A DNA stretch of 64,000 bases from Pedobacter sp. (GTDB lineage: Bacteria; Desulfobacterota; Desulfuromonadia; Desulfuromonadales; Syntrophotaleaceae): NCBI GenBank assembly GCA_050253415.1, contig JBFWJC010000004.1:1-64000 (forward strand), given 5' to 3'. Made by a program: the position numbers and the translations under genes. This document shows positions 28,377 through 38,913 of the stretch, piece by piece (positions within the stretch are counted from its first letter, which is position 1; each line of letters starts with the position of its first letter). The notes under the pieces are model-generated. The model worked only from the letters and a program-made list of their open reading frames with translations, was not told the origin of the DNA and ran no database searches.

Positions 28377-30980
28377 CTAGTCCAAAATGCGTGGTGTAAT
28401 AAACACCAGCAACTCACGCCGTTCTTCACTAACCGATTTGGATTTGAACAGATACCCCAATCCAGGAATATTCATAAGCCAGGGAACTCCTGCGACACTT
28501 TCCTGTTTGTCCATGATAAAAATGCCGCCAATAACGGTTGTTTCGCCATCTTGTACCAACACAGTAGTCTCAGCCTTCTTGGTGTCGATAGCGGGGGCGG
28601 AACCAGAACCGGTTGTAACGTTGGCGCCACGCGAATCGTTTTTAGCTTCAATTTCAAGAATAACGCTTCCATCAGGGTTAATCTCGGGCGTAACTTTCAG
28701 ACTGAGTTCGGCCTTTTTAAATTCAGTCTTAGCTTGACCGTCACTACCAAGGGACTGATATGGAATTTCCGTACCCTGTGAGATTTCGGCTTCCTCACCG
28801 TTAAGCGTCGTGACACGGGGCGTAGAAATAATTCGCCCCTGCCCGGAATTTTCCAAAGCCGAAATGCGCAAATCAAGAACGGCTTTATCCACCCCGACCT
28901 TTCCAAAAGTCAGTCCACTGGCAAGTCCAGCGGCAGAGGCCACTTGGCCAGCGGTAGGGGCGGTTAACAAATAACTACCACCAAGTCCAATGCTACCATC
29001 ATTACCATCGACACTCGGATCGTTGGAATAAGACAGCCCCCACTTCACCCCAAGGTCGCGGGCAAAAGTAGCGCTTGCCTCAACGATACGAGCCTCTATC
29101 AGAACCTGCTTAACCGGCAGATCCAACAGTGTGACAAGGCTTCGGATCTCCGCAACAACAGACGGAATATCGGTAACGATAATTCTTTTGTTGCGCAAAT
29201 CCTCAATCACCTTGCCGCGATCGGTTTTACGTTTGGAAACCTGCTCGGAAACAGTACTGATGTCACTGTAGTTGACAGTAATGGTTTCCGTAACGAGATC
29301 TTCTAATTCTTCCTTGGTACGAGCAGCCTTGAAACGTTCCTCCTGCATCTGCCGGATTTTGTCTCTAGGCATGACCCTGACAACGTTGCCCTCACGCAAC
29401 ATCCCAAGATCCTTAATGTCCATAATCAATTCCAGAGCCTGGTCCCAAGGCACCTCAACCAGACGCAACGTGATAGTACCCTTGACATCATCACTAGCGA
29501 TTATGTTGAGGTTACTGACTTCAGCGATAAGCTGAAGGATGTTTCTTATATTCGCATCGTCAAAAACAAGCGTAACTTTTTGACCTGTATAAGCAGGTTT
29601 ATCTATCGATGGAGGCAAGGTCTCAGAAATGTCCCCTGAGGCTCTATCCGCATAGCTACCGACAAAACTTTCGGTATCGACACCCTTGGGCACCGCTATC
29701 TCCGCCCCATGAGAAGCGATCGGCAAAATCTTTTTTTCTAAGGGCTGAGGCGCAACCTCGGCAAAGGGACCATCATCGACAATAAACATTAATCGATTTC
29801 CCTCTTGGCGCAGAGAATACCCGACATTACCTTTAAATTCGATTGCAAACCAGACATCCTGAGTGCTGTTTTTGCGAGTAATGTAAGGTGTAATTAAACG
29901 TACAGCGCTAGGAAAAGCAGATGCATCAATAGAGCGTCTCAAAGAACGGCTGATCGTTGCATTGCCAACCCCGAAGCGAACAAGTTCTCCATGCCTCTCA
30001 GGTTGGTAAATCTTGACAGGCCCTGAAAGATCGACAGAAAGAACAGACTGCCCCTGCACAGAGCGAAAATCGACGGCCGTAACAGCTACAGGGCCACCTA
30101 GTTTCTCTTCAACGGAAACAGGCTTAACAACAGGAGCAACCGGAGCAGGTGATTGTTCCCCCCAGAGAACCTGCAAAACGTTACCTTGCTTTACGACCTT
30201 TGTAGCAGGAATGGTGTCTTTGGTGGTATCAAAGACAAATCGGGTTTTTTCGCTAGAAACGCCGATGCGCAGATTAGAGTAGCCGTCAAGAAGATTAAAG
30301 GACCGTTGTGCAAACGAGGGCTTTACTTGATAAAGGTCCACGACCAACCGTGACGGTTTATCAAGGGAGAAATGTCGATATTTATTTATCTCGCCATCTG
30401 TTACAAGAACAACCTTCCCCTCTGAAACCTGAACCGCACCAACCACCGAGGCCTGTCTAAGTGGTTCTGCGGTAACAGGCGCCTTGTCCTGAACAGCCCC
30501 ACTGGTTTCTACGGATTGGGCAACAGCTACGTCATTTCCAAATGTATCGGTACCTTCTATCGATTTAAAAACCAAACGTAGACCTTTATCAAATGGTTCT
30601 ACGTTAAAATCAGCCGCCTGTTTCAATACCAACTCAACCCGGCCCATTTGCCCCGAACTAAGATCAAACGACGAAGAACGAATTGAGCTCAGATAAGGAT
30701 GATTAACGAGGTCGCCTGGAAAAGTAGCTGTATCAACCTGCATACTGGAAAAATCGACCACCACGCGCAAAGGGTCAACGGAATCGTAAACAGCATATTC
30801 ACCGTTTAAGGGTTTCTCCGTCTCGAATACGACTGCCTGATCGTCAAAGGAGACGTTCAAAAGTTTATTAGGCACTGGACCGGCAGGTGAATTAACTTCG
30901 GCTGCCTGACAAGAAAAGGACAAGCCGAACAAAGCCAGCCAGACTCCTGCTATAAGCACATTTTTCGCACGTGAATACAT
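28377..30980 (-). CDS. pilQ: Type IV pilus secretin
   Basis: AMIN domains, YTGQKVTL, VPWDQAL, QVLIEARIVEA, RELLVFITPRI. Confidence 0.96.
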   Translation of the reverse strand: MYSRAKNVLIAGVWLALFGLSFSCQAAEVNSPAGPVPNKLLNVSFDDQAVVFETEKPLNGEYAVYDSVDPLRVVVDFSSMQVDTATFPGDLVNHPYLSSIRSSSFDLSSGQMGRVELVLKQAADFNVEPFDKGLRLVFKSIEGTDTFGNDVAVAQSVETSGAVQDKAPVTAEPLRQASVVGAVQVSEGKVVLVTDGEINKYRHFSLDKPSRLVVDLYQVKPSFAQRSFNLLDGYSNLRIGVSSEKTRFVFDTTKDTIPATKVVKQGNVLQVLWGEQSPAPVAPVVKPVSVEEKLGGPVAVTAVDFRSVQGQSVLSVDLSGPVKIYQPERHGELVRFGVGNATISRSLRRSIDASAFPSAVRLITPYITRKNSTQDVWFAIEFKGNVGYSLRQEGNRLMFIVDDGPFAEVAPQPLEKKILPIASHGAEIAVPKGVDTESFVGSYADRASGDISETLPPSIDKPAYTGQKVTLVFDDANIRNILQLIAEVSNLNIIASDDVKGTITLRLVEVPWDQALELIMDIKDLGMLREGNVVRVMPRDKIRQMQEERFKAARTKEELEDLVTETITVNYSDISTVSEQVSKRKTDRGKVIEDLRNKRIIVTDIPSVVAEIRSLVTLLDLPVKQVLIEARIVEASATFARDLGVKWGLSYSNDPSVDGNDGSIGLGGSYLLTAPTAGQVASAAGLASGLTFGKVGVDKAVLDLRISALENSGQGRIISTPRVTTLNGEEAEISQGTEIPYQSLGSDGQAKTEFKKAELSLKVTPEINPDGSVILEIEAKNDSRGANVTTGSGSAPAIDTKKAETTVLVQDGETTVIGGIFIMDKQESVAGVPWLMNIPGLGYLFKSKSVSEERRELLVFITPRILD

Positions 30981-30981
30981 T

Positions 30982-31518
30982 TCAGTCGACTCCTGACCGC
31001 TGAGGAAGTGAAATTTCCTGTAGGTTTTCCCTGATTTCACCGGCAAAATCATAAAACCGTTCTTTTACCTGAACGCCTGATTCCGTAATATCAACAACCA
31101 TGCCATGGTTCTTGCCAACCTTGTCCCCCTTTTTGAGAACATATGACTTGCCTCCCGGGGCCATTACCATGGCAATCGGTGCAGCATGACCGACCACAAC
31201 CCCTGCCAATCGAAGCTGCCCTACATCGAAGGTCTGCAATGGCGTCAAAGGACCCTCATCGTTTGAGATTGCCTTTTTAACTTCAAGCAAGGGTACGAAG
31301 GGATCCCGACGTCCCGCAGGATCGTAAACATATTCTTCCTGTACCTTTTCCTCAATTGGGGAATCGGCCACAAGATTTTTTACTACAGTGGATTTATTTA
31401 CCTTTTTCTTAATTGCCATCTCCTTGTCCGGCGACTTATCCCTTGACTGACAACCAAAAACGAAGATCAAGAGTAGACAACAAAACGGCCCCATCTGACA
31501 CAACCGGCGGAAACTCAT
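30982..31518 (-). CDS. pilP: Type IV pilus lipoprotein PilP
   Basis: Lipobox FGC, YDPAGRRDPF, LTPLQ.FD. Confidence 0.93.
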   Translation of the reverse strand: MSFRRLCQMGPFCCLLLIFVFGCQSRDKSPDKEMAIKKKVNKSTVVKNLVADSPIEEKVQEEYVYDPAGRRDPFVPLLEVKKAISNDEGPLTPLQTFDVGQLRLAGVVVGHAAPIAMVMAPGGKSYVLKKGDKVGKNHGMVVDITESGVQVKERFYDFAGEIRENLQEISLPQRSGVD

Positions 31519-32132
31519 TATTTTCTCTTTCCTTTCCGCTTAACTGCCGACTTGGAATCTGGTGCGTTTTCCACAAACATAAAAGTAGTAGCAAGACATT
31601 TTATAGAAAGTACATTTCGCCCTTCGGTCATCTTGGCACTACCTACCTGAAGATTATTAATATTTACAATTCGAGCCATTTTACCCACATCATAAAAAAA
31701 CATGGCAACTTCATGGTAAGCACCCCGCAACTCGAGTTCTACAGGAACTTCGGCATAGAAACCCTTGACCTGTTCAGATTTGGGTTTAAAACTCAAAACT
31801 TCGAGCCCCTCCTCACGAGCAAGACCGGCTATACTGGTAAGCAACGAAGGTATTTCTTTTTTATTGGGTAGTTCCTCTAGAGCTTCCGTAAGCTGCAACT
31901 GAAGCTTTTCGAACTCTGCCTTAAATTTTGGTAGATTATTGGCAATCCTTCTATCCTCAACAAGTTTTGATTCAAGTCGAGAATACTCTTTGTTGAAATT
32001 GGTCAGTTCCTGGCACATAGGCCGATATACCATAAACACAAATCCAACAATAACCAGAAGTAAAACAATGCTCAATATGAGCAACTGCTGGTAAATTTTG
32101 AGATCCGCTATTTTTTCTAAACGCAGGGCCAT
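31518..32132 (-). CDS. pilO: Type IV pilus assembly protein PilO
   Basis: LPNKKEIPSLL, FYAEVPV, GAYHEVA.F; operon position. Confidence 0.93.
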   Translation of the reverse strand: MALRLEKIADLKIYQQLLILSIVLLLVIVGFVFMVYRPMCQELTNFNKEYSRLESKLVEDRRIANNLPKFKAEFEKLQLQLTEALEELPNKKEIPSLLTSIAGLAREEGLEVLSFKPKSEQVKGFYAEVPVELELRGAYHEVAMFFYDVGKMARIVNINNLQVGSAKMTEGRNVLSIKCLATTFMFVENAPDSKSAVKRKGKRK

Positions 32133-32144
32133 TGCAATATTCCC

Positions 32145-32705
32145 TTATTTAGCATTTTGCTTAGATGGCGTTTCTGACTTACAGGCGACGGAAAACTTTT
32201 GAAGTTTTAATTCTTTCTTCTTGATCTGTTGCGTTACCTTCAATTCAACGTCTTTGTAGTAAGGCGATGATTCCAGATCCTTCATAAATACTGCAACGGT
32301 CTCTTCATTCAAGCCAACACCTTCAATACTTATATTTCCACCAGATTCTTTGAAAGATTCGATCCACAGTTTTTTCGGCAAAACACTTGATAATTCGTCC
32401 AACAGATGTACTGGACCATTTTTTTTATTTTTCAATTCAGAAAGAACATCTAATTTGCCCTGTAACTCTTTCTGCTTGTTTTTAAAGTTCGCCACATCAC
32501 CGATAGCTTTTTTCAATTGGTTGATCTCGGTTTGAGCAGCCTGTATTTCGGCTTTTTTCTTGGCAATTTGTGTCGCCTTGAAAAAATAGAGGCCAAAACA
32601 CCCAACAACAACAACACCCAGAACAACAAGGGCCACTGCCATTTGAGTAAAGAACTTGGCCCTCTTCTGGGCCTCCCTAACCGGCAATAAATTAATGCGA
32701 ATCAT
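32145..32705 (-). CDS. pilN: Type IV pilus assembly protein PilN
   Basis: MIRINLLP N-terminus, TM segment, coiled coil. Confidence 0.94.
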   Translation of the reverse strand: MIRINLLPVREAQKRAKFFTQMAVALVVLGVVVVGCFGLYFFKATQIAKKKAEIQAAQTEINQLKKAIGDVANFKNKQKELQGKLDVLSELKNKKNGPVHLLDELSSVLPKKLWIESFKESGGNISIEGVGLNEETVAVFMKDLESSPYYKDVELKVTQQIKKKELKLQKFSVACKSETPSKQNAK

Positions 32706-33760
32706 TTATCGCCCACCCTCCTTGTGGCCAGACCTACACCCAATGCAAAGAAGGGGCTTACGGCCTGAATATATTCCATGTCAAAATTGTTTTGATCGAC
32801 AATAATCCGCCTGAAGGGGTTCAGTAATTCCACTGAAACACCGAGACGTTGCTGAAGGCTCTCCAAGCAACCGACGGTTTTAGCAACGCCTCCGGATAGA
32901 TAAACTTTTTGAATTTTATCATCAGAGGATGTGGCTGAATAGAAATCAAGGGATCTCTGAATTTCCTGTGATAGATGATCCATGGTCTCCTGCAACACTG
33001 CATTAACATCGGCAACATCCACATCCGGGAGCTCACCGCCAAGCTTGGCCGTCTCAGCCTCTAGGTCTGTCAACCCCAACTGCTTCTGAATCTCGTGGTT
33101 AAAGGTATTGCCGCCGACTTGAATATCGCGCGTAAAGACCGACGTTCCATTCTTAATTATATTAATATTCATGGAAGAAGCGCCCGCGTTAACCAAAGCG
33201 ACAACATCCTCATCCTGATCGTAATTCAGTTGATATGCATTTTCCAATGCAAAACTATCGATATCCATTATCAGCGGTGTAAATCCTGATTCCTGGAAAA
33301 CCGATACATACTCGTTAACAAAATCCTTTTTTGCAGCAACAAGGATGACATCCATGTTGGTGGAATCCTGAGGATCCTGACCAAGAATTTGAAAATCAAG
33401 ATTCACTTCCGAAATCTCGAAGGGAATATATTGTTCTGCCTCCCACTCGATAGACGCTTCGGCTTCCACCTCTGTCATAACAGGTAATTTTATTTTTCTT
33501 ATAATTACCGAGTGTCCGGCTACCGCCGTAGCGACATTTTTTGTTTTGAGCCGCTGGCATTCCACCAAGTTGCTCAAACACTCAACAACCGAACTTGAAT
33601 CCATTATCGAATTATCAACAATGGATTCAGGCGGCAACTGAGCCATCCCCAAATTAACCAGATGCCATCCTGCCTTTTCCTTACGCAACTGGACAAGTTT
33701 TATGGAGTGTGACCCGATATCCACACCGACGATTTCTTTTTGTTTCCAGAAGAACATCAA
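32702..33760 (-). CDS. pilM: Type IV pilus assembly protein PilM
   Basis: VGVDIGSHSIK, EAEQYIPF, LSGG, GLA.R actin-like fold. Confidence 0.95.
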   Translation of the reverse strand: MMFFWKQKEIVGVDIGSHSIKLVQLRKEKAGWHLVNLGMAQLPPESIVDNSIMDSSSVVECLSNLVECQRLKTKNVATAVAGHSVIIRKIKLPVMTEVEAEASIEWEAEQYIPFEISEVNLDFQILGQDPQDSTNMDVILVAAKKDFVNEYVSVFQESGFTPLIMDIDSFALENAYQLNYDQDEDVVALVNAGASSMNINIIKNGTSVFTRDIQVGGNTFNHEIQKQLGLTDLEAETAKLGGELPDVDVADVNAVLQETMDHLSQEIQRSLDFYSATSSDDKIQKVYLSGGVAKTVGCLESLQQRLGVSVELLNPFRRIIVDQNNFDMEYIQAVSPFFALGVGLATRRVGDK

Positions 33761-33832
33761 AGGACCTCAGTTCGAAGAGTTAAAATCTTCACCAACCACG
33801 GAACCATAACTAAAGCAACACATATGCCAATC

Positions 33833-34027
33833 CTAGCAAGGAAATACCTTGTCGCGCTCGGAAAGCTCAAGACCCAGTGCAAGAATAATTTTCCTCATGG
33901 TAGAGACCCGACAAGCTTCACCCCTTTCAATACGGTTTACCGTCAAAGGGGAAAGCTCGGCCTTCCTGGCCAGCTCGGCCTTGCTCATCAATAAGGATTC
34001 GCGTATTTCCTTAACATGATTCTGCAC
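33833..34027 (-). CDS. Small XRE-family HTH protein
   Basis: IRESLLMSKAELARKAELSPLTVNRIERG. Confidence 0.85.
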   Translation of the reverse strand: MQNHVKEIRESLLMSKAELARKAELSPLTVNRIERGEACRVSTMRKIILALGLELSERDKVFPC

Positions 34028-34493
34028 AATATCACCTGAAGAGTGTGAATTGGTAAAACATTAACTACATTATCTAAAGTTGAGCTTAATTATATGAAAC
34101 ATTAAAATTATGTCAACAAAAGAAATCCGCAAGACCTTTTAGAATTCAAGCACTTGGAGAATTCACACAAGATCGTGTGGATACCAGCTTAGAATCCCAC
34201 AACATTTTGCGAATCAGGAAAGGCATTATATTTTCCAAAACGGGGTTAAGCAAAACAACAAACATATTCAAGGTCTAGTTTTTATCAAAAAACAATTTTC
34301 TCATAGCAATACGTCGATCAAGTGGAATGCCTTGTTCGCATCCTATCCAAAAAAGTTTTTTTTACTGTTCTGACAAGCTCAATCCGCAGGTTACTAAATG
34401 AAATGTATCGATATTCGCCCTGCATGACCCTCATTGAATTGGTGGGGATTTTTACTTTTCCAAGACCAGCAAAAATAACCCAATAAGTGGAAC

Positions 34494-35279
34494 TTATCTA
34501 AAAAAAGACAGGTACCAGGATATAAGATCGCCCCCCCACAACAGGTAAATAATCGCCCCCATGGACAAAAATGGGCCAAAGGGGATGGCCAATTTACCAC
34601 TCGCCCGCTTGATAAGCATGAGCGGGACACCGACCAGAGAGCCGATAAGCGAACCAAGAAAAATCGTTGGCAGGATCGCTTTCCACCCCATAAAAGCACC
34701 CAGCATCGCCAGCAATTTAATATCCCCCATCCCCATACCTTCATTCCGGGTCAACAGATAATAAATACCAGCCACACATGCCAGACTCCCCCCCCCGACC
34801 AATATACCTAAAAGAGAATCTCTCCAGGAAAGTCCTGCCACAAAAAAAGTCAGGATAAAACCTATTGGAATTCCAGGCAGACTGATAACATCGGGGATGA
34901 TTTGGTGATCGAAGTCAATAAAGGATATAACTACAAGAGATCCAACCAGAACCCAATAGACAGGCGTGGACCAAGTTAACCCAAATCGCAGAAAAATCAG
35001 CAGGAAGAACCAACCAGCAAGAGCCTCAACCAAAGGATATCGGATGGAAATCTTAACACTACACGACGCACATCGGCCACGCAGCAATAAATAACTAAGA
35101 ATTGGGATATTGAAATACCATGGGATCGACGTCCCGCAAGATGGGCACCTTGATCCAGGCTTAATAATAGATCCACCTTTAGGAATTCTAAAAATACATA
35201 CGTTTAAAAACGATCCAATAATAGCACCAAAAATAAAAACAAAAATATCTAAAAATAAATTTTCCATTATACGCTCCAA
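34494..35279 (-). CDS. pilD: Prepilin peptidase/N-methyltransferase
   Basis: GSFLNVCI.R.P, CxxC pairs, FID...QIIPD, GMGMGDIKL, IPFGPFL. Confidence 0.96.
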   Translation of the reverse strand: MERIMENLFLDIFVFIFGAIIGSFLNVCIFRIPKGGSIIKPGSRCPSCGTSIPWYFNIPILSYLLLRGRCASCSVKISIRYPLVEALAGWFFLLIFLRFGLTWSTPVYWVLVGSLVVISFIDFDHQIIPDVISLPGIPIGFILTFFVAGLSWRDSLLGILVGGGSLACVAGIYYLLTRNEGMGMGDIKLLAMLGAFMGWKAILPTIFLGSLIGSLVGVPLMLIKRASGKLAIPFGPFLSMGAIIYLLWGGDLISWYLSFFR

Positions 35280-35357
35280 ACAAGAATAAGCAAATTACTT
35301 CAAATACCATTACAGGAAAACTTTATCCAATGGAATGAAGTTAAATAATTACGCACA

Positions 35358-36629
35358 TCAACAGGCTCCATATCTTGTTAAAACTGTTCTTATTGTTTTA
35401 CTAACAATCCAAAAATCAAGCCATAATGAAAAGTATTTAGTGTAGTATAGGTCGTGCTCAAGCTTATCCCTGTTTTGATCAACACCAGAGGCATAACCAT
35501 ACATAACCTGAGCCCAACCAGTTAAGCCAGGTTTCACTAAATGCCTATAGGCATAAAAGGGGATTTGACTTTCAAACTGTTTTGCAAAGTGAACCTGCTC
35601 GGGACGAGGCCCCACAAGAGACATATCCCCTTTTAGAACATTCCATAACTGAGGAATTTCATCGAAACGAAAGGGCCGAATAATCTTTCCGATACGCGTT
35701 ATGCGGGAATCATCAGACTGTGCAAAGCGCGCTCCCCTTCCTTCTGCATCTGTACACATACTCCGGAATTTACACATCCGAAAAGAAACGCCTTGTTTCC
35801 CCACCCTTTCCTGCCAGAAAAAAATCGGTCCATGAGAATCCAATCGAATCAACAATGCGAGAAGGCCTGCGAAAGGAAGAATAACCGGACAGAAAAACAC
35901 TACAATTCCCACATCGATAATGCGCTTGAATGTAGAATAAAAGGGGTGCATAGAATATTCATCGATTAAAGCTTCTGACAAATGTGACAAAGAAACCCGA
36001 CCAGTCGCTGCTTCTAAAACAACTGCTGAGTGATAAACAGGAATCCTCCTCAATCCACAATTTGACAAAAAACGAATCCATTCCATAGACAGACTTCCAT
36101 GCATATCCACAACAACACCATCAACAGCTCCAGTGATCTCAGGGCGTTCAAGCATCTGCCAATTTATATTCTTTAGATGCAACAACTCACCGGTTTTCCC
36201 TCCAGGCACCAGCACAAGACGGAGGGGCTGGGACTTAATAAATAATTCAAAACATATAAGTAACCATAAAAGGGTTACTCCAAAAGCCGTCAATAAAAAA
36301 CTTCTGGAATAATAAAAGCGGCATAAAGCAAGCAGGACGACGACGCCAACAAAAGCCAAACTGACGCTTAAAAAAATCAATCCAATAATTTTAGTTCTTG
36401 GGAATCGCAGAAACTGCCGCATTATCATAATAGAAGCAAGGTAAGCCAGCGAACAGAAAAACAATAAAGGCCAAGCATTGACCTGCTTCCAGAATTCGAA
36501 TCCACTCCACGCTACTAAGGACGCAGTAACAAGAAGAACAACAAGTCCGGTGACAAGAAAAAGTCTACCTTTAAAATCCTGAATGGAGCGCAGATCTTTT
36601 TTGGTAAGTGATAACTGTGCTGGTTGCAT
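35358..36629 (-). CDS. Initiating polyprenyl-phosphate phosphoglycosyl transferase
   Basis: KRIID, QERVG, KFRSM, DEIPQLWNVLKGDMSLVGPRPE, KPGLTGWAQV. Confidence 0.93.
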   Translation of the reverse strand: MQPAQLSLTKKDLRSIQDFKGRLFLVTGLVVLLVTASLVAWSGFEFWKQVNAWPLLFFCSLAYLASIMIMRQFLRFPRTKIIGLIFLSVSLAFVGVVVLLALCRFYYSRSFLLTAFGVTLLWLLICFELFIKSQPLRLVLVPGGKTGELLHLKNINWQMLERPEITGAVDGVVVDMHGSLSMEWIRFLSNCGLRRIPVYHSAVVLEAATGRVSLSHLSEALIDEYSMHPFYSTFKRIIDVGIVVFFCPVILPFAGLLALLIRLDSHGPIFFWQERVGKQGVSFRMCKFRSMCTDAEGRGARFAQSDDSRITRIGKIIRPFRFDEIPQLWNVLKGDMSLVGPRPEQVHFAKQFESQIPFYAYRHLVKPGLTGWAQVMYGYASGVDQNRDKLEHDLYYTKYFSLWLDFWIVSKTIRTVLTRYGAC

Positions 36630-36662
36630 ACCCCCCCTAATAGACCTTTTAAAAACATGACA

Positions 36663-37490
36663 CTATGGATTCAACTTGTTCCGAAGAGAACTTGAGTATA
36701 AACATTTGACTACCCAAGAAGGTGAAAGTCTCAACAAAAGACGTGCAAGTGGAAATATGTATTTATAGCTAAGGCCATGTAGTTCATAAATTCCCCTAAA
36801 ATATATCTTCAATTCACTTAAAGCTCGATTTTTTCTACGTCTTTGATAAAAGTCATTATCAACCCTCATGTACACAAGAGGCTCAGTAATATTTGAAAAA
36901 ATGACGCCGTTTTTAATTCCTTGAAACCAAAGAGCCAAGTCCTGATTGTAGGTAGCCCATTCAGGATACATTTTTATTTTTTTAAAAAAACTTTTGCGAA
37001 AACAAATAGTAGAGTGTGCGAGAGGATTTCCCTTGTGAATAGTCTTTTTTATCAAGTCCATATTTAGAGGATAATTTCTCTGATAAACCTTCCTCCCGAT
37101 ACAATCAATTTCAATTATTCCTCCACCCAACACTTCAACCTCAGGATGTTGATGAAGAAAAATAACCTGTTTTTCAAATCTGTCTGGGACGCAGTAATCA
37201 TCAGCATCCAAACGGAAAATATATTCTTCATTTTCTAAATTTTTTATTAATTTATTCAAGGTTTTGGTCAAACCAAGGTTTTGGCTATTCCGGCAAATTT
37301 TATAAAAAACACCTTCATGATGGGCTATGTAATCTTCCAATTCGTCCCCAATAGGACCATCCACCCCCAGATAAATGCGGATGTTTTTAAAGCCAACAGT
37401 TTGTGCAACAATCGAATCAATCGATTGTTGGAACCACTTGCTCTTATCTCCCCTATATAGACATATCAGTACTGCGAATATCAATTCCAT
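36663..37490 (-). CDS. Glycosyltransferase family 2 (AmsE-like)
   Basis: VDGP, NLGL...LN, RLDADD..PDRFEKQ. Confidence 0.9.
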   Translation of the reverse strand: MELIFAVLICLYRGDKSKWFQQSIDSIVAQTVGFKNIRIYLGVDGPIGDELEDYIAHHEGVFYKICRNSQNLGLTKTLNKLIKNLENEEYIFRLDADDYCVPDRFEKQVIFLHQHPEVEVLGGGIIEIDCIGRKVYQRNYPLNMDLIKKTIHKGNPLAHSTICFRKSFFKKIKMYPEWATYNQDLALWFQGIKNGVIFSNITEPLVYMRVDNDFYQRRRKNRALSELKIYFRGIYELHGLSYKYIFPLARLLLRLSPSWVVKCLYSSSLRNKLNP

Positions 37491-37509
37491 GATAAATAAG
37501 TTATAAACC

Positions 37510-38913
37510 TCACCGATTAGTAGGATTGAAGCGCGTTCGAATTATCCGTAGACTATTCGCTAATGCTTTTAGTACAAACCTCCTGGGTCCCATGCGTTTT
37601 ATGTGACCGATCAAGATGCGAGGTTGTAGATTAAATCTGAGTTCAAGACTTTGTTTCAGATGAAGTTTTTCAGGATAACTCAAACATTCACTATGAGGCA
37701 GGATCAATGAACGCCACCGACGAAAAACTAATTGCGGATTTTCATCTAGATAATCATATAGTTCTGAACCAGGTAACCCAATAAAGGCCGCAAAATAAAC
37801 CCAATCCGGCTTAAGGGAAAAAACCAGATCTAAAGTCTTATTAAGCTCATCGCGCGTTTCTCCGGGTATTCCCAACATAACAGAGAAGCCCACTTTAACC
37901 CCAACCTGTTTACAAATACGCGTTGCTTCCTTTACCTGATCAACTGTAATGCCCTTTTTCAATCGTTTTAATACTTCGTCGGACCCCGACTCGATTCCAA
38001 ACCACATAGAGCGTAATCCAGCTTGATACATGGTTTGCACAAACTCAACAGAAAGGTTATTTACCCTTGATTCACAACCCCATTCAAAATCCAACTCATT
38101 TTCTCGAACCAGGTTACAGAAGCCTCGAACGCGTTCTTCATCCAAGGTAAAATGGTCTTCCCTAAAGTATATGGCGGTCGCATCCGTGCCCTTCAGGGCA
38201 TTCTTAACGTGCTCCAGCATGCATTGTGGACTCATAGCCCGATACTGGCGGGACCATACGTACTTATTGGAACAAAAGGTACAATGAAACGGGCACCCAC
38301 GTGAGGTGTTCAACACTTCCACTTTGCCAGCGGAGAATTCAGCATAACTGCGGTCGTATCGGCTAAGGTCGACAATGTCATAAGGAACCAATGGAATGGA
38401 ATCCATTTCAATCCATGGTCTTACCTCATTTGTGATATAAGCACTTTGCTTTTCATCCCAAAACGTAAGCCCCCGTACCCGGTGGTACTGTTGCCTCCCA
38501 AACAACTCTTGTAAAAATTCAACGGCAGTCTCTTCCCCTTCTCCCTGAACAGCAAATGAACAAGGCAAGTCATCCAATATACCTTTAAGATTTGCCGTAA
38601 CCTCCGGGCCACCGACAAAAACTGGCACGTGGCTATACATTAACGCATGGCAAATATCAGCGGCAGCCTGAACAGTAGCCAAATTTACTGTAATACCAAC
38701 AGCATCGGCCTGTTCCAAATGAATCTGAGAGGCAACCCAGTCGGCCCCCTGACCTTCCAGGTTATCATCTATAATTGTTACGGAATACCCCGCCTGTCGA
38801 AGACAGCCAGCAATCACCAGAAGACCCAGAGGAATAGTTGGTTTCATACGCCCTAAGGGAAAGTCAGCGGGAACATCCGGGCGAATCAGAACAATTTTTT
38901 TATTAACTCTCAC
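37510..38913 (-). CDS. B12-binding radical SAM protein
   Basis: PLGLL.IA, VGGP, TSRGCPFHCTFC (CxxxCxxC), GIESGS. GTG start inferred. Confidence 0.9.
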   Translation of the reverse strand: MRVNKKIVLIRPDVPADFPLGRMKPTIPLGLLVIAGCLRQAGYSVTIIDDNLEGQGADWVASQIHLEQADAVGITVNLATVQAAADICHALMYSHVPVFVGGPEVTANLKGILDDLPCSFAVQGEGEETAVEFLQELFGRQQYHRVRGLTFWDEKQSAYITNEVRPWIEMDSIPLVPYDIVDLSRYDRSYAEFSAGKVEVLNTSRGCPFHCTFCSNKYVWSRQYRAMSPQCMLEHVKNALKGTDATAIYFREDHFTLDEERVRGFCNLVRENELDFEWGCESRVNNLSVEFVQTMYQAGLRSMWFGIESGSDEVLKRLKKGITVDQVKEATRICKQVGVKVGFSVMLGIPGETRDELNKTLDLVFSLKPDWVYFAAFIGLPGSELYDYLDENPQLVFRRWRSLILPHSECLSYPEKLHLKQSLELRFNLQPRILIGHIKRMGPRRFVLKALANSLRIIRTRFNPTNR

